A stretch of DNA of 64,000 nucleotides from assembly GCA_951406725.2 (NCBI GenBank), contig OX597827.1, forward strand, positions 83,638,001-83,702,000, given 5' to 3'. This document shows positions 49,296-63,060 of the stretch, in pieces. The notes below the pieces were generated by a model. It saw only the letters and a list, made by a program, of their open reading frames with translations, was not told where the DNA came from and did no database searches. Position 1 is the first letter of the stretch. The number at the start of each line of letters is the position of its first letter. Made by a program: the position numbers and the translations under genes. Source of the DNA: Octopus vulgaris (Eukaryota).

Positions 49296-50136
49296 CTGAA
49301 GCAGAACAAAAGAAACAGTTTTGAGGTTCACACAACATCGGATGATACTCAATCATCTTCATCACCATTTAACATCTATTTTCCATGCTGGCATGAGTTA
49401 GACAATTTGACAGGAGCTGGCAAGGCTGGAGAGCTGCCTGGGTTCCATGTCTGTTTTGACTCGGTTTCTCTGGCTGGATACCATTCCTAATGCCAAGACC
49501 ACTCTGCTGAGTGGTGGGCGTTAGGAAGGGCATCCAACCAGAGAAACCATACCAAGACAGACAAAAGCTCTCCAGCCTTGCCAGCTCCAGTCAAACCGTC
49601 CAACCCATGCCAGCATGGAAAGTGAGCATTAAATGATGATGATGATGATGATGATATACGTCATGTGATGATGCGATGCAGTGTGGTGGCGTGTGATGAT
49701 GATGATGATGATGTAATGATTTAATGTGGTATGAAAGAGAGAGAGAGAGAGGTGATATCCCTCCCTTGGCCATAACTTCTATTCCCCACCATATACATAC
49801 ATACATACATATATATACATATATATAAGATAAACTATATGCGTGTGTGAAGGCTTGTGGCCAGTGGTTGGGGTCTTGCACTTGTGACTGCCAGGCCATG
49901 GGATTGATTTCTGGACTGGACAACATCTTGAGCAAAACACTCCATTTCATGTTGCTCCAGTCTGCTCAGTTGTAAATGGGTCACCCTGTGACGGACCAGC
50001 TTTCCAATCAGTGGGTACGTTGGTCTGCCTGCCGAACCAGTGGCGAGGTATGGCTGAAAGCTAAAATGATGCAAAGTGCATTGTGACAAGTGATGTGTAA
50101 CAATAGCTGATAGTTTGGTCGATACCATGATACTGT

Positions 50137-50197
<61 letters not shown>

Positions 50198-50989
50198 CCC
50201 TACTGAAAAAGAGACAATCTCAACAGATGTCATTTACAACCACTATACCACTCTACCAACCTCAGTTACTCTAAAATAAACCTTCAAAGCCCTTGTCTTA
50301 TTGGTTGATGTAAGGACATAGTGTTGGTCAGTCTCAGACCCCTCTAGTTGAGAGTGTCACCAAAGCATACCCAACCAATAGAGAAGGAGCTGAAGCACTT
50401 GTTTGTTTCAGTGTGCTACCACTATCTACACTGGTTGGGGTTTGTGTAGGCATTCCCCAGTCTTTATATGCTTGTTCAACATGCTACAAATAACCGCCAA
50501 AGCTGCCTAAAATTGACCTCTAGCATCATCTCAGAAGTGGAAGGACACATTGGATAATGTAGTCCTAGACAGACTGTCACAAAATACGATGGCATGGTCA
50601 TGGATGGAATTATTTCAGGCCTAATCTGTAGCTAAATAACAAGTGTCTGAAAATAAACCAATGATGAAGTCTCTATGCAGTCACCTTAGCTGCTAGAAAC
50701 AGCAGCCAAATTTCCTTCAAATGACACTCTACAATCTTAAAAACAAGGAGGACACATTGGATAGTGTAGTCCAAGAAACATTATGTTAAGAAGTAAACAA
50801 AACGTGATAGCCATGGTGAGAGTGTCCTCGATCATATATTTGATCAATCAGGGCTGACCTGGGGCTAAACAACAACAGTCAAGGAGCCTACCCACAATGC
50901 TTTATTTTGTAACTATAGTAACAATAGAAATATGCCTGGTAACCATAGCAACAACAGTTCTATCTAGTAACCATAACAACAATACTTAC

Positions 50990-51040
50990 TAATATTTTCT
51001 CCAGTTTTACTTGAGGTTTCAAACACTTCAGCAGAGAAAT
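50990..51040 (-). CDS. RAB24: Rab24 coding exon 5 (51 nt, G5 motif)
   Basis: ctctccag|AT then FSAEVFETSSKTGENI A|gtaagt. Confidence 0.93.
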
Positions 51041-51830
51041 CTGGAGAGAGAAATAGAGAATTCTGGGTAATATAGATGCACCCGGGGTGGGTAGGGGTTG
51101 GGGGTGGGGTTGTGCTGGCAGGGCTGATTGTTTAAGGAGGTTGTTTTGCAATACTGGAATCCTGAGTTCAATTCCACAGCATTGACCTAGGTTGACTAAA
51201 GGCTTCAGGCTGGAATTTGGCAGACAGAAACTGTGTGCAAGCCAGATGCATGGAGTATAGGTGCAAGGGAGTCACCTTGCCACACAGTGTTACCCTTATT
51301 CTGCCACAGGATTGTATAAAGGATACCTGTGTCTGTGGAATACTCAACCACAAGATGGACTGCAGTTAATAATGATAATAACAATGGCTTCAAATTTTGG
51401 CACAAAGCCAGCCAGTTCAGGGGAGAGTGCCAGTCAATTAAATTGACCCCAGTGCGCAACTGGTACTTATTTTATTAACCTAGAAAGAATGAAAGGTAAA
51501 GCTGACCTCAGCAGAATTTGAACTCAGAATGTAAAGGCAAACGAAATGTCACTAAGCACTTTGCCCAGCATGCAACTGATTCTCAATAAAAATGGTTTCA
51601 CATTTGGGCATGAGGCTAGTAATTTAACGGGAAGGGGTAAATCAATTACATTGACCTCAGTGTTCAATTGGTCCTTATTTTATTGACCCTGAAAGGATGA
51701 AAAGCAAATTTGAACTCAGAATGTAAAGGCAGACAAAATTTCGCATTTGGTTTGGTGGGGTCAGGGTGGGGTTCCTGCCAACCCGCTGCTTTAAGCAACA
51801 CCAACAACAATTCAAACAGAAGAAACTTAC

Positions 51831-51930
51831 TGTCCCCTAGAGCTTCTGCATCTCCTCGCTGGACCTTTTGGGGACAATGTTGCGTTTGAAGAAGGTCCTT
51901 TTTGGTACCACACAAATACAGCCTGCAGTC
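51831..51930 (-). CDS. RAB24: Rab24 coding exon 4 (100 nt, G4 motif)
   Basis: ttgcag|DCRLYLCGTKKDLLQTQHCPQKVQRGDAEALGD A|gtaagt; TKxD instead of NKxD is typical of Rab24. Confidence 0.94.
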
Positions 51931-53255
51931 CTGCAAATAAGCAATACATACAATGAACAAAGACTGAATGCAACTAAGGAGTCTGTTAAGTAGAAGGACT
52001 TGCTCAAGGTCTTATAAAAAATTGTCACTTTTCTGGTGTGTGTGTATGAGTAAACAGACAAACTTATAATTACAGAGAAAAGTTGAAAGACATAAACACA
52101 AGAACAACACAATGAAATACAATAAAGCACAATCATCCTCATCAAGTGTTTTAAATCTGGATTTTGTCCCCGTTAACTGGGGGGGGGGTTGAATCTAGCT
52201 CAATGCCATAGCAACCACCCTCACACCATCTTGCCCAGTTTTGGTGTCCTCTTTTTCCAAACCAACCCTCCTAATCTCCTCCTCATTTTCACCTTTACAT
52301 AATATGATATGACTTCTCGTTATCACTGTTCGATCTGAACTATTACAATATCAAATGTTCCTGCTCTTCTCTTATTACTCTCCACCTGCATATCCTCAAC
52401 AAGCATTCCACAATATCTCCATTCAATAATTCCCACCACTTGTACACGATATGGCTGTGCATATGACACTCTTCTCAGACTGTTCTATGCCTGCTCCTTT
52501 ATACAAACCGGTAGAGTTCACTCAGACAATCACGGGGGTGTGCAGATTCCCCATTCAACATAATATAACATAGCATAACACGTAAAGGCAGTGATCCCTG
52601 TGGTAATGCCTTAATGAAAGGTTCCCCTCCCCCACCCTCAACATATGCCAGTATGGAGAGCAGATGTAAAATAAGGACACACACACACACACACACACAT
52701 CATCATCATCATCATCATTCTTTAATGTCTGTTTTTCATGCTGGCATGAGTAGGACAGTTTGACAGGAGCTGGTCAGACCCTGGTTGTCTGTTTTGGCAG
52801 GGTTTCTGCAGCTGGATGCCTTTCCTAATGCCAACCACTGAAGAGAGTGTGCTGGGTGCTTTTAATGTGCCACTGGCATGGATGCATTTACACAGCAGCA
52901 GCAGCAGCAGCAGCAGGAGTACATTTTATGTGGTACTGGTACCTGTAAAGGACAGGCCTTTATGTATAGATTTTACTTAGCTTGACATACCTTCTCAAGA
53001 AGAAGCAAATCGCCACAACTCCCAGTCCCCAACAAATCAAAATAAGCTAAAAGAAACGAATGACGTATATTTGAACAATAAAGATGAATAACTGGCTCCT
53101 GTGCAGGTGGCACATAAAAAAACCCCATTTAAGCGTGGCCATTGCCAGTACCACCTGACTGGCCCTTGTGCCGGTGGCATGTAAAAGCACCCACTACACT
53201 CTCGGAGTGGTTGGCGTTAGGAAGGGCATCCAGCCGTAGAAACTCTTATATATAT

Positions 53256-53316
<61 letters not shown>

Positions 53317-53387
53317 ACACACACACACCATAGAGAAAATACAAGACACACAGACAGAAAGAATGAAAATCGAAATTTCTGACCGAC

Positions 53388-53534
53388 CGATTCATTATTC
53401 TTGAGTTCCTCAATCCAAAACTTGGCTCGTTCCAATGTGTTTTTGTCTGACAAATCATAGCACACAATGGCTGCCCCAGCATCTCGGTAGTAGATGCGAC
53501 TTAGTGATGCATATCTTTCACTACCAGCTGTGTC
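53388..53534 (-). CDS. RAB24: Rab24 coding exon 3 (147 nt, G3 motif)
   Basis: ccccag|[49 protein letters not shown]|gtcggt; DTAGSE (Ser in place of the catalytic Gln) is a Rab24 hallmark. Confidence 0.95.
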
Positions 53535-53769
53535 CTGGGGGGGAGAGAGAGAGAGAGAGACATGACAATCAATTAGGTAAAGTGACACAGTGTGAGTATA
53601 TAGCCAGGTGGGGTGTAAGGGTGTAGGGTATACAGTGAGGTGGGTGAGTGGGTAAGAAGCGATTTATGCGGAACCTTCAACAGTGAGTTCCACTCCCACC
53701 CCACCCCACCCCCCACACCTCTACAGGAGCCCTTATGTTGCCATGGTAATGTAAGATCAGTTCACTTAC

Positions 53770-53838
53770 CCAGATCCCTAAACGAACGAGTTTCCCACTG
53801 ACTTCCAGTGTCTTCTGGCCAAAAGCACCACCAATTGT
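53770..53838 (-). CDS. RAB24: Rab24 coding exon 2 (69 nt)
   Basis: atccccag|TIGGAFGQKTLEVSGKLVRLGIW|gtaagt. Confidence 0.95.
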
Positions 53839-54057
53839 CTGGGGATGAAGAAAATATCAAGAATTTAAAGAAATATGGAGGGGGAGGTGGTGGCGGGGGT
53901 TGAAATATCTTCTGATGACATGAATTAGGGATTATCTGGGTGGGTAATCCGTCTAAAAACTTTGATGGTGGAAAAGAGGATGATGATGGTAATGATGGTG
54001 ATGGTAGCAAGCACCTTATACAGTCACACTGCATACAGTCACTAGAATTCTACTTAC

Positions 54058-54180
54058 ATTTTGGTAAGGAACTGTGTCTCCAAGATATCTCTCATGCAGA
54101 TATCTGTCTACTAAACTGGTCTTTCCAACCATGGCTGTCCCTAACAGCACCACTTTGATATCAATTTCTTTACTAGACAT
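54058..54180 (-). CDS. RAB24: Rab24 coding exon 1 (P-loop)
   Basis: [41 protein letters not shown]|gtaagt; exon probably extends as 5' UTR to the acceptor cattttacag| at 54501. Confidence 0.95.
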
Positions 54181-54724
54181 CCTTCATGTCATCCCTTGAT
54201 TCTTTTTAATGCAGTGTGACCCCTGGTGGGAGGTGGTGGGGGATGGGGGTTGATAAGGTCACGTTTGTGTGTCTGTGTGTTATTGGCTGGGGTTGTGATT
54301 GATGCTATAGTGTCAAGAATCGAAGAGGGGGGTGGAACATCGGTTGAGGGGGGGGTCGTGTGAGAGAGAGAGAGAGAGAGAAGCGAATCAGTAGAGCAGC
54401 AGTTCAATCTCGGAAGTGGCTGGACTAAAAACCTGGAAGCTTTGATGATATTTAATCCGAGTTAGACATAGCAGGTCACATGTAGTTGCTGGAACACCAG
54501 TCTGTAAAATGAAGAAGAGGTGTTACATGATTACAGACGGAGGAGGAAAAGATTCAATAAATATTACAGCAAAATAACATTAAACAATGATTAAAAGGAA
54601 GGATGAAGCGAAAGAAACAGACAAACAGGCAATGCCATTCCATCAGCCAACATTTGGATGCAAGCATACAGACAGCAATTCTACACAGTTGTGAGACGTG
54701 GGCCCCGAATGCAGAACATCATTT

Positions 54725-54806
54725 TTCCCTGATGAAGAAGACATTCTCTGAAAACGAATTTTCATTTGTTATTTCAATGAATGAACCCCAGAAACGATCA
54801 TCGGAA
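54725..54806 (+). ncRNA. Degenerate hammerhead-like motif
   Basis: TTCC-CTGATGA ... GAAAC-GATC-ATC-GGAA; stem I pairs, base of stem II decayed. Confidence 0.45.
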
Positions 54807-55002
54807 TACTCTATTTTCTTCTAACATGTAACCCAAAACTCTTTTTAATGACTATACCATATTTTAATTAAACAAAAAAAAAACGTTTTTTTTTTATCTA
54901 TATTTCATTATTATTATGTTTATATATTTTTATATCTCTAATATATCAATACATGTTTCAGCTCAGACAATTCTTATTTTTATCTTAATTAAACCTGCAC
55001 AC

Positions 55003-55047
<45 letters not shown>

Positions 55048-55080
55048 CACACACACACATATATATATATATATACACAA

Positions 55081-55143
<63 letters not shown>

Positions 55144-55285
55144 GATGTAGGTATGTACATATATGTACGTATATATGCATATGTTTTATTTATTATTTTG
55201 TTATTATATATATATATATATATAGTGTAGGTATCGGTTAGAGGAGATTAAAACCTCTAAGGGATAATTGAATCGAAAGGTGCTC

Positions 55286-55355
55286 CTGGTGATTACCTGA
55301 GTAGGTACAGTCCTTTGTAAAGTTGTACGGTAGCAGGTAAATTGAAACGATCGTA
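55286..55355 (+). ncRNA. Degenerate hammerhead-like motif
   Basis: CTGGTGA-TTACCTG...CAGGTAA-ATT-GAAAC-GATC-GTA. Confidence 0.4.
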
Positions 55356-56201
55356 AATGTTACCTTCTTCTTTGTTAATTAATTAAATTAAAGACATACC
55401 AGCAAAAACGATGAATTTACATATCTATATATATGTATATGTATATATATATATATGTGTGTGTATATGTATGTGTGTGTGTGTGTGAACCGTAGTTTGC
55501 CTGATTTGAACTTTTCTATTGTATCCATTATACTTATGTGTGTGCGTGTGTGTGTGTGTGTGTTTGTCCCCCCCAACATCACTTGACAACTGATGCTGGT
55601 GCATTTGCATCCTTGTAACTTAACGGTTCGGCAAAAGAGACCGATAGAATAAATACTAGGCTTACAAAGAATAAGTCCTGAGGTTGATTTGCTTGACTAA
55701 AGGTGGTGCTCCAGCATGACCACAGTCAAATGACTGAAACAAATAAAGAAAACATAATAGGTACTATATATATATATATATATATATAACTGGCAGCCAT
55801 GCCAGTGGCATGTGAAAAGCACCTTTCGAGTGTTTTGGGCCTCTCAGAGGCAAAGTGGCCAATGCTGGTAGCATGTGAAAAGCACCTTTGAAGTGTTTTG
55901 GGCCTCACAGAGGCAAAGACGAATGACCGAGACCTTTGGCATTACGCTGTGCTTGAGAAGAAGACCCATCGAGTGAAGCAAAATCACAGTCATGGCAAAT
56001 ACTGGTGTCATGCAAATGGTACCCATGCTGGTGGCATGTAAAAAGCACCCACTACACTCTTGGAGTGGTTGGTGTTAGGAAGGACGTCCAGCCATAGAAA
56101 CCATGCCAAATCAGACTGGAGTCTGGTGCAGACCCTCAGCTTACCAGCCCTGGTCACACCATCCAACCCATGCCAGCATGGACAAGCGACAGTAAATGAT
56201 G

Positions 56202-56237
<36 letters not shown>

Positions 56238-56314
56238 ATATTTATATATTTATATATATATATATGTAAATATAAACACACATACAGAGGTACAATATCT
56301 ATATCTATCTATTA

Positions 56315-56410
<96 letters not shown>

Positions 56411-56892
56411 ATATACATATATACAATGTAAAGAAATAGGGATTTGAAATCCAGGCAGGTGCTTTACGAGCACTTTGATACAATCCAGTTCTGGCTAACC
56501 ACATTGAAAGACAGGGAACATTCAGAATTGTTTAGGATAAAGAATTGAACTCTCTTTCACTCAATAAGTAAATCCTTTGTTCCCTTCACTGGGTTTCATT
56601 CAGCATACAGGGTAACAGAATCAGGACATCATAAAGAAGAAAGGAGAATTAGACAATGGCAAAATTTCTTTACTAAAATTTTATTTTCTAAAATTGGAAT
56701 TTGATAAAAACAATAATTTAATTAATGAATTTTGAAGATGTATAATTCTTGGAGAAGAAATCCTTGTTTATTTTAGAGAGTCTGTATTTGTCATTATACA
56801 CTGTATACAGTGGCGCCCTCACCAACCCTACCTTGGTGCTTTCACTAGTGAAATACCTGATTCTTTCGAATCCTGGAAATCGTTTATATGTG

Positions 56893-56929
<37 letters not shown>

Positions 56930-57089
56930 ATACATACACACAATACACACACATATAAACATACATAGAGAGGTACTATATCTAAGTCACCAACATAACA
57001 CAAAGGTACTCTACCTACTCCTCAGCAAAAGAAGCAAGAAGTAACTTCCTCCTCTGTCTCAACAAACCCAAACTCTTTACAAAGTTCAG

Positions 57090-58113
57090 AACAGTTATAT
57101 GCTGTGTATAAAGCAGGATTCCTCCAATTGTTTTATGTTTTAAGTACAGTCGCTAACATCATGTTGGCATTCCTGTACCAAAGTACAACCAGCTCTGGCA
57201 AGTATAATTCTGGATGGAAGGCAAAGATCACAGAAATGGACTGAAGAATAAAGAAGTATATATTATGTCTAAAAGCCATTGAACTATGGCAGTACAAATG
57301 AGAAAGGAGCTAAAAACTCCGCCTTTGCTGACCGTGTGTCAACGCAAACCATTTGTTATGAGCTCCCTAGAACTAAATACCATGGGATGGCTGCAGGTGC
57401 TAAATCTCTTTTGGTCTGCATCAACATTGATAAACCGCAAAGGGGTGTCCAGACCATCAGAAGTGGTCAATGGCTCAATGGAACAATGTTATCTTCTTTG
57501 ATGAATCATCATTCATCCCTTTTCCCCACTTTGGAGACAGTCCAAAGAAGGCTTCAGCCCTGACTCTTTGGTCCCTACCATGAATCATAGAGCTGACTCT
57601 GTGAAGATTTGGGCAGACGTATCATGGAATTCTCTTGGCTGTTTCGTTGTTCTACACGGCAGAGTCAATGCCAAGGATTATCTGAGTATTTTGGCTGACC
57701 ATGTCCATCCTCTGGACATGGTCCTTATTCCCTGATGGTCAAACAAGTTTCCAGGATGACAATGCACTGATTCACGTGGCCAATGTTATTCGGAATTTAT
57801 GGGAAGAGCACAAAGACGAAATGAATCACTCAGATTGGGATTGGCCCCCAACAATCCCTGGATCTCAATAGAATCAAACATTTAGGGTACATTTAGGAGC
57901 GGCAAATGAAGGGCTGTTTCACTCCCCTATTATTGTTGCAGAAAGAACTAAAGCAGGCTTTTCTAAAAGAATGGCTGGAACCGTCCAGAACTTGTATGAG
58001 TGAATTCTTTGATGCATGAAAACTGTGATTAATGCCAAAGTTGGACCAACTCCATCTTACTCAATAAAAACTTCCATTTAACAAAGAGTCTCTGTTATTT
58101 TCTCCAATCCCCG
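57090..58113 (+). mobile_element. Tc1-like transposon remnant
   Basis: VSTQTICYEL, QWNNVIFFDESSF, FQDDNALIH and DWPPQ(S)LDLN motifs with frameshifts; right end followed by TA. Confidence 0.8.
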
Positions 58114-58221
58114 TACACACACACACACACACACAGTTATTTATCTAAATATACAAATAATCCTTTTACTCTATTTCAAAATACATTTATCTTTATCTGT
58201 GTGTGTGTGTGTGTATGTGTG

Positions 58222-58264
<43 letters not shown>

Positions 58265-59946
58265 TATATTAGAATCATGACTGTGCTCTTCTTTTCTTTT
58301 CAACCAAGGTTTTTTAAAATCCTATTTTCAAATGAGTCCTTTATAGTTTATTTGAACAGAGAAGTCCCTAAATCCGTTACCACCATTTCTAGTCCCGTCT
58401 TCAGGATGAAGTGATGTTGTTGCCTGTTTATATCAAACAGAATCAATGTAATTGGTGTCAGTTTAAATGGTGTCACAATTTAAATGGAGTGAATTTCTGC
58501 TTCATCATTTCCGAGTTTATTTTAGTTTGTGATTAACGTGTTATCACCTACCTGATTATTTTAGTTTTGCTTCTCTCATTAATCATCAAATTTCTGAGCA
58601 ATATTGTACACACGAGTTGTCTACAAAGGTCTTCTTATCTGCTTTTATTTCGTATGGCATACTGCAGCCATTGCTTCCTTTTTGTAAGTGCATGGTGAGA
58701 TAACAGGGATTGTTGTGATCAATACAACGGTTGCTATTTTTTAAAACTTCTAGCTAGGAAGTCAGCACCCCTGTCCCTTTACGGGGTCTCTGAGATGGGG
58801 ATGGGGTAGGTGGGTGGTATCCCTAACTCTGAGACATTAATTAGCAAACTGGCAAGAGTGGGGTCTGCTAAAGGTAGCAAAGGATCAGGTGGTGGTGTTA
58901 AACCAAATGACACATTCAGTCTACCACCCAGGCAGGCCATGCTGTGATTTGAACTCCGAACACAAAGGGAGAGAATAAGTACAAGGTATCAGGCCTGATG
59001 TTGTTACAGTTCTGTTAAATGATGATGTATTTAGGTTTATTACTGAGTTGTTGATGAAGATAGCACAAAGGACATCTCATGATAAAGAGATGCTGGAGAT
59101 ACGATATCAGAAAAACAGGGCCACACTAAATTGGGGTCAAAGAAGAATAAAAACAAAAACGAAAAACAAAACAAAGACTCCAATGATTTATTGTGGTATA
59201 CTGAAATTCCCTTTAAATTGGGGTCCCCTATAACAGGGGATATAGTATGTGTGTGTGTGTGTTCACACAAACACATATATTCATATAAACTCATAGTATA
59301 TCTTGTGTGTACAGTTGGAGGTTGACTGCTACGGATGAGCAGAGAACTGCACATCGACCTTTGTTACCCAATCTGCTGCCAGTAAAGAGTGGCGTAGTTG
59401 AAACTTTGTAGTTTCACTGGTGATGACATGCAGAGCCAACATGAGAGGAAATGACGATAAAGCCAAGCATTACGATACACGGATCAAGCATTTGATTTGT
59501 GTCAACATAATGCAATGAAGTGTTTCCCTGGTGAACTGCAGTGGTTCTGCATCCAATTGCCCTTGGAGCATCCAATGCAAAGGATGAAAATGATCAGAAT
59601 GGTGAAACGCATGTAAGGAACAAATGATAGAAATAAACTGTATCTTGTGTTTATCATACATTTCCACACACACACACATATTGTGCTGACTGAAAAGAAT
59701 GACAAGTCGGACTTTGCTATCGACACTTTTGCTCACAATCAAATGGCCTTTGTCAACCCAATGCCAGGGTGGACGACGACTGCCTGTGCTGTGGGTCCAT
59801 GGGTTTGTGGAATCAAACTCCGGGGCCTTGGGGTTGCAAAACGAACTTCTCCACATGGCTATTCTTATACATAAACACACACACACACACATGAAGGAGG
59901 GTACGAATACAAACTATCGAACGTGGAAGGAAGTAAACCCAGAATT

Positions 59947-59984
<38 letters not shown>

Positions 59985-60736
59985 ACGCACGCACACACAC
60001 ACACACACGCACACACACACACGCGCACAAACACACACACGCACACACGAAGCAGTGGTAATCTAAACCCTCCCAACCTATTTTACCCCTCAGACAACCT
60101 TTTTCCATCCTGTGACATTTGCTCGACATGCAAAACATAGCAACCAAATCTCTCTCAATTCACTCATTAATTTCAAACGAGGACACATGGCTCTCTGACA
60201 AAAATAAAGACGAAACGGTCACGGTTGGAATGATAAGAGGCGTGCCCAATCCTCGTAGACCCAGGGCTAAACACAAACAATAACAAATCATAAAATGTAC
60301 AAATCAGAGAGAGAAGACACCGTGAGGGAGGGACTTGGGACACAGAAGTGTCTCAGCCGTGGTCAATGGACATACAAGAAATAGCAGCTTCACTCCAGTC
60401 ACACCCCACAGGCTTGGAAGGACACCTTCGATGATGTAGTCATAGACACACATACGTGTGTGTGTGACGTTGACACACAAATATACGATTTTACATTGAG
60501 ATAACGAAGGAAAATGTTAAACATTGCCTGACAGACACATATAGAGTGGTGAGTGTATATAAATGTATATACATCGGTATAAATCGATGCAGACCAAGTG
60601 TGTGTATGTATGACCCCAGAGGATAGAGAAAACCCTTTAAAGAAGAACCTTAACAATATAACATGACAATAGAGAGGGATTAATGTATGGACGAGACCGA
60701 GAGAAATAAAATCTGAGCTTTGAAATAAAATCTCAC

Positions 60737-61000
60737 CTCCAGTCTGCTTTTTCTCTCTCTTTCTTCCTGATCGGTTCGAATCAGTCCATGTCGACGACTG
60801 ACTGCGACGGTTGAGCAGAATCTTCACTGTGATAATGCTTCGCTACAAACCTCAACTGGTTCATCTGACAGCTCCGCTCCTGAGGTGAACAGTCATTTCG
60901 GTATGAGTAACGTGAGAACTAATGAGTCACAGGGCATACAGTTCCGCCGCGCGCACGAACACAAACCCACCCACACTCACGTGTGTGTGTGTGTGTGGGT
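60737..61000 (-). promoter_or_regulatory. Candidate RAB24 promoter and non-coding first exon
   Basis: Locally CpG-rich, non-repeat-looking sequence; donor GGAG|GTGAGA at 60737/60736; TGAGTCA at 60923-29; TCACGTG at 60977-83. Confidence 0.4.
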
Positions 61001-62658
61001 GGGGCGATCCTAGGCTAGAGTGAACAATTCAAGCCCAACTTACACCGCACTGGCATGTTTGCACACGTCCGTGTCTATGTGTAGACACACACACACACAC
61101 ACGAAGTTTGTGCCAGAAAACAAAGTCACAAAATAGAACAATAACATAGTCTCAGACAAAACAACACAAACACACACGCACGCACACATACACAAACATA
61201 TACACACAACACACATATATATATATATATATATACAAATACACACACACATGCAGACCCATTCCAGTAGAGGTATCAAAGAAAGAGACCCTAACCCAAA
61301 GACTCCCCTCAGTAGCCATGGAAACAACTGCAGCTTATGATCAGGTGGCACTGGCAAGGCGGCCCCTGATGAGTCGGCATTTGGGGGTCACTGACCCCAT
61401 CACTCATGGTTCAGATCAGGAGAGCTATGTGGTCACCATTCTCTCAGAGTCTGCCAGACATGTAATGCCCTTTCCTCATCTCGTAGAAAATTTACCTGAT
61501 GTCCTCAACTACACACATCTGGTAGTGGACCCTTCTACCTTTGATCTGCTTTATTGAGGATTTTATTGACCCACTAGCTTGCCATTAATGAATGCCCTGG
61601 TCCTTGTGGATAAACTTGGCCATCCTACTGATATTTTTTTTTTTCCTGAGAATAGACCAGAGATAGCATGACTCTAATCAGAACAAGGACTCCTTCCAAA
61701 CTCTCAACGCAAATCACCCAGCTCTGCTAAAGAAACTATATCACAAGTAAGTTCACAGTTTGCTTGTTTAAGCTTAAATAGGTGCATATTGACTTGTATG
61801 CCTGTTTTCTACAAGCAATCACCTGACCTTGTTACACGCTGACCTAGTCCTTCTAACTTTATGCAGGCTATCCGTCCCATCAGGCGACAGACTAGCTGAG
61901 TGTGGGAAATTTATACCTGTCTGTTGGGAGCCTACCGTCAGCTATATAACAAAACCTTTCTTGCTATTTCTCTAGTGAGGTGGGTTTGCATGATCGAGTT
62001 CGGACCTCAGCAGCGAGGAAGTTTTATTTCACAGGCAACCTCAGCTAACTTTTGACACATATGTCTGTTCCTGTCCTCTGGCAGAAGTTATGTATTTGTT
62101 TCTCCTCTTCTACCAAACATACACCATCGCTATGTACCAACTGCATGTGAAACCATTGTACATTTGCTGACAGTATATTTCTAGAGGTATCTCAACAGCT
62201 TTGCCGTATCAATGCTCTTCGACAGGTTGAATAAATCGTCTGGTTTTATTCTGGTCTTCTGTTTCTTCCTTTATCTAATGGACTCAAACCAGCTTTATCT
62301 TTCAACACAACTCCAACTCTTAAAAACCTATTAACCCACAGGCTACAGTAGTTGGCAGCTAAATCTGCAAGAATGATGTTCCTTTTCATTGTTTGTGCCT
62401 CGTTAGAATCTACCATGTTTGTGTTGAAAGATGAAAAGTTGATGCATTCCATACAACATTGGATCATCTTCCATTTATGGCCTGATAAGAAATCACATGG
62501 AACAGGCAGACATTGTTTTGTTTTGGCTTTTCAACCTCATGGTTCTGGGTTCAGTTCCACTACATGGTACTTTGGGCAAGTGTCTTCTATTATAACACCT
62601 GGGCCAACCAAAGCCATGCGAGTGAATTTGGTTGGTGGAAACTGAAAGAAGCACATTG

Positions 62659-62721
<63 letters not shown>

Positions 62722-62963
62722 ACAGTTCAACTTTCCGATTGTGTAGATGTTAGTCCATAAGTCCTTAGGTGCAATCCTGTGTAAAAGCATGTAAGTCAAA
62801 GCCTTAATAGTGTAAATATCCAGAGATAAACGTGAATGTATCGATATGTTTGCGTTTATCTCTGGATATTTACACTATTAAGGCTTTGACTTACATGCTT
62901 TTACACAGGATTGCACCTAAGGACTTATGGACTATCATCTACACAATCGGAAAGTTGAACTGT
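62722..62963. repeat. 242-bp zero-spacer palindrome (121-bp arms)
   Basis: Arms are reverse complements about 62842/62843, with one T/T mismatch and four G.T pairs near the centre. Confidence 0.97.
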
Positions 62964-63060
62964 GAACTTTTATGCTTCTTTTTCTTCCTCTCCTTATTCC
63001 TTTTCTCCTGTCCTCCATGTCGTACTTTCAATAATGCAAACCTTTTCGTTTTCCCTATTT

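Noticed and set aside
54916-56504. Many [12 protein letters not shown] ORFs
   Set aside because: Translations of (TA)n, (TG)n and (CA)n microsatellites
61560-62470. Possible decayed coding or retroelement sequence upstream of the palindrome
   Set aside because: No motif recognised with confidence; needs a translated HMM search against PLE RT/GIY-YIG profiles
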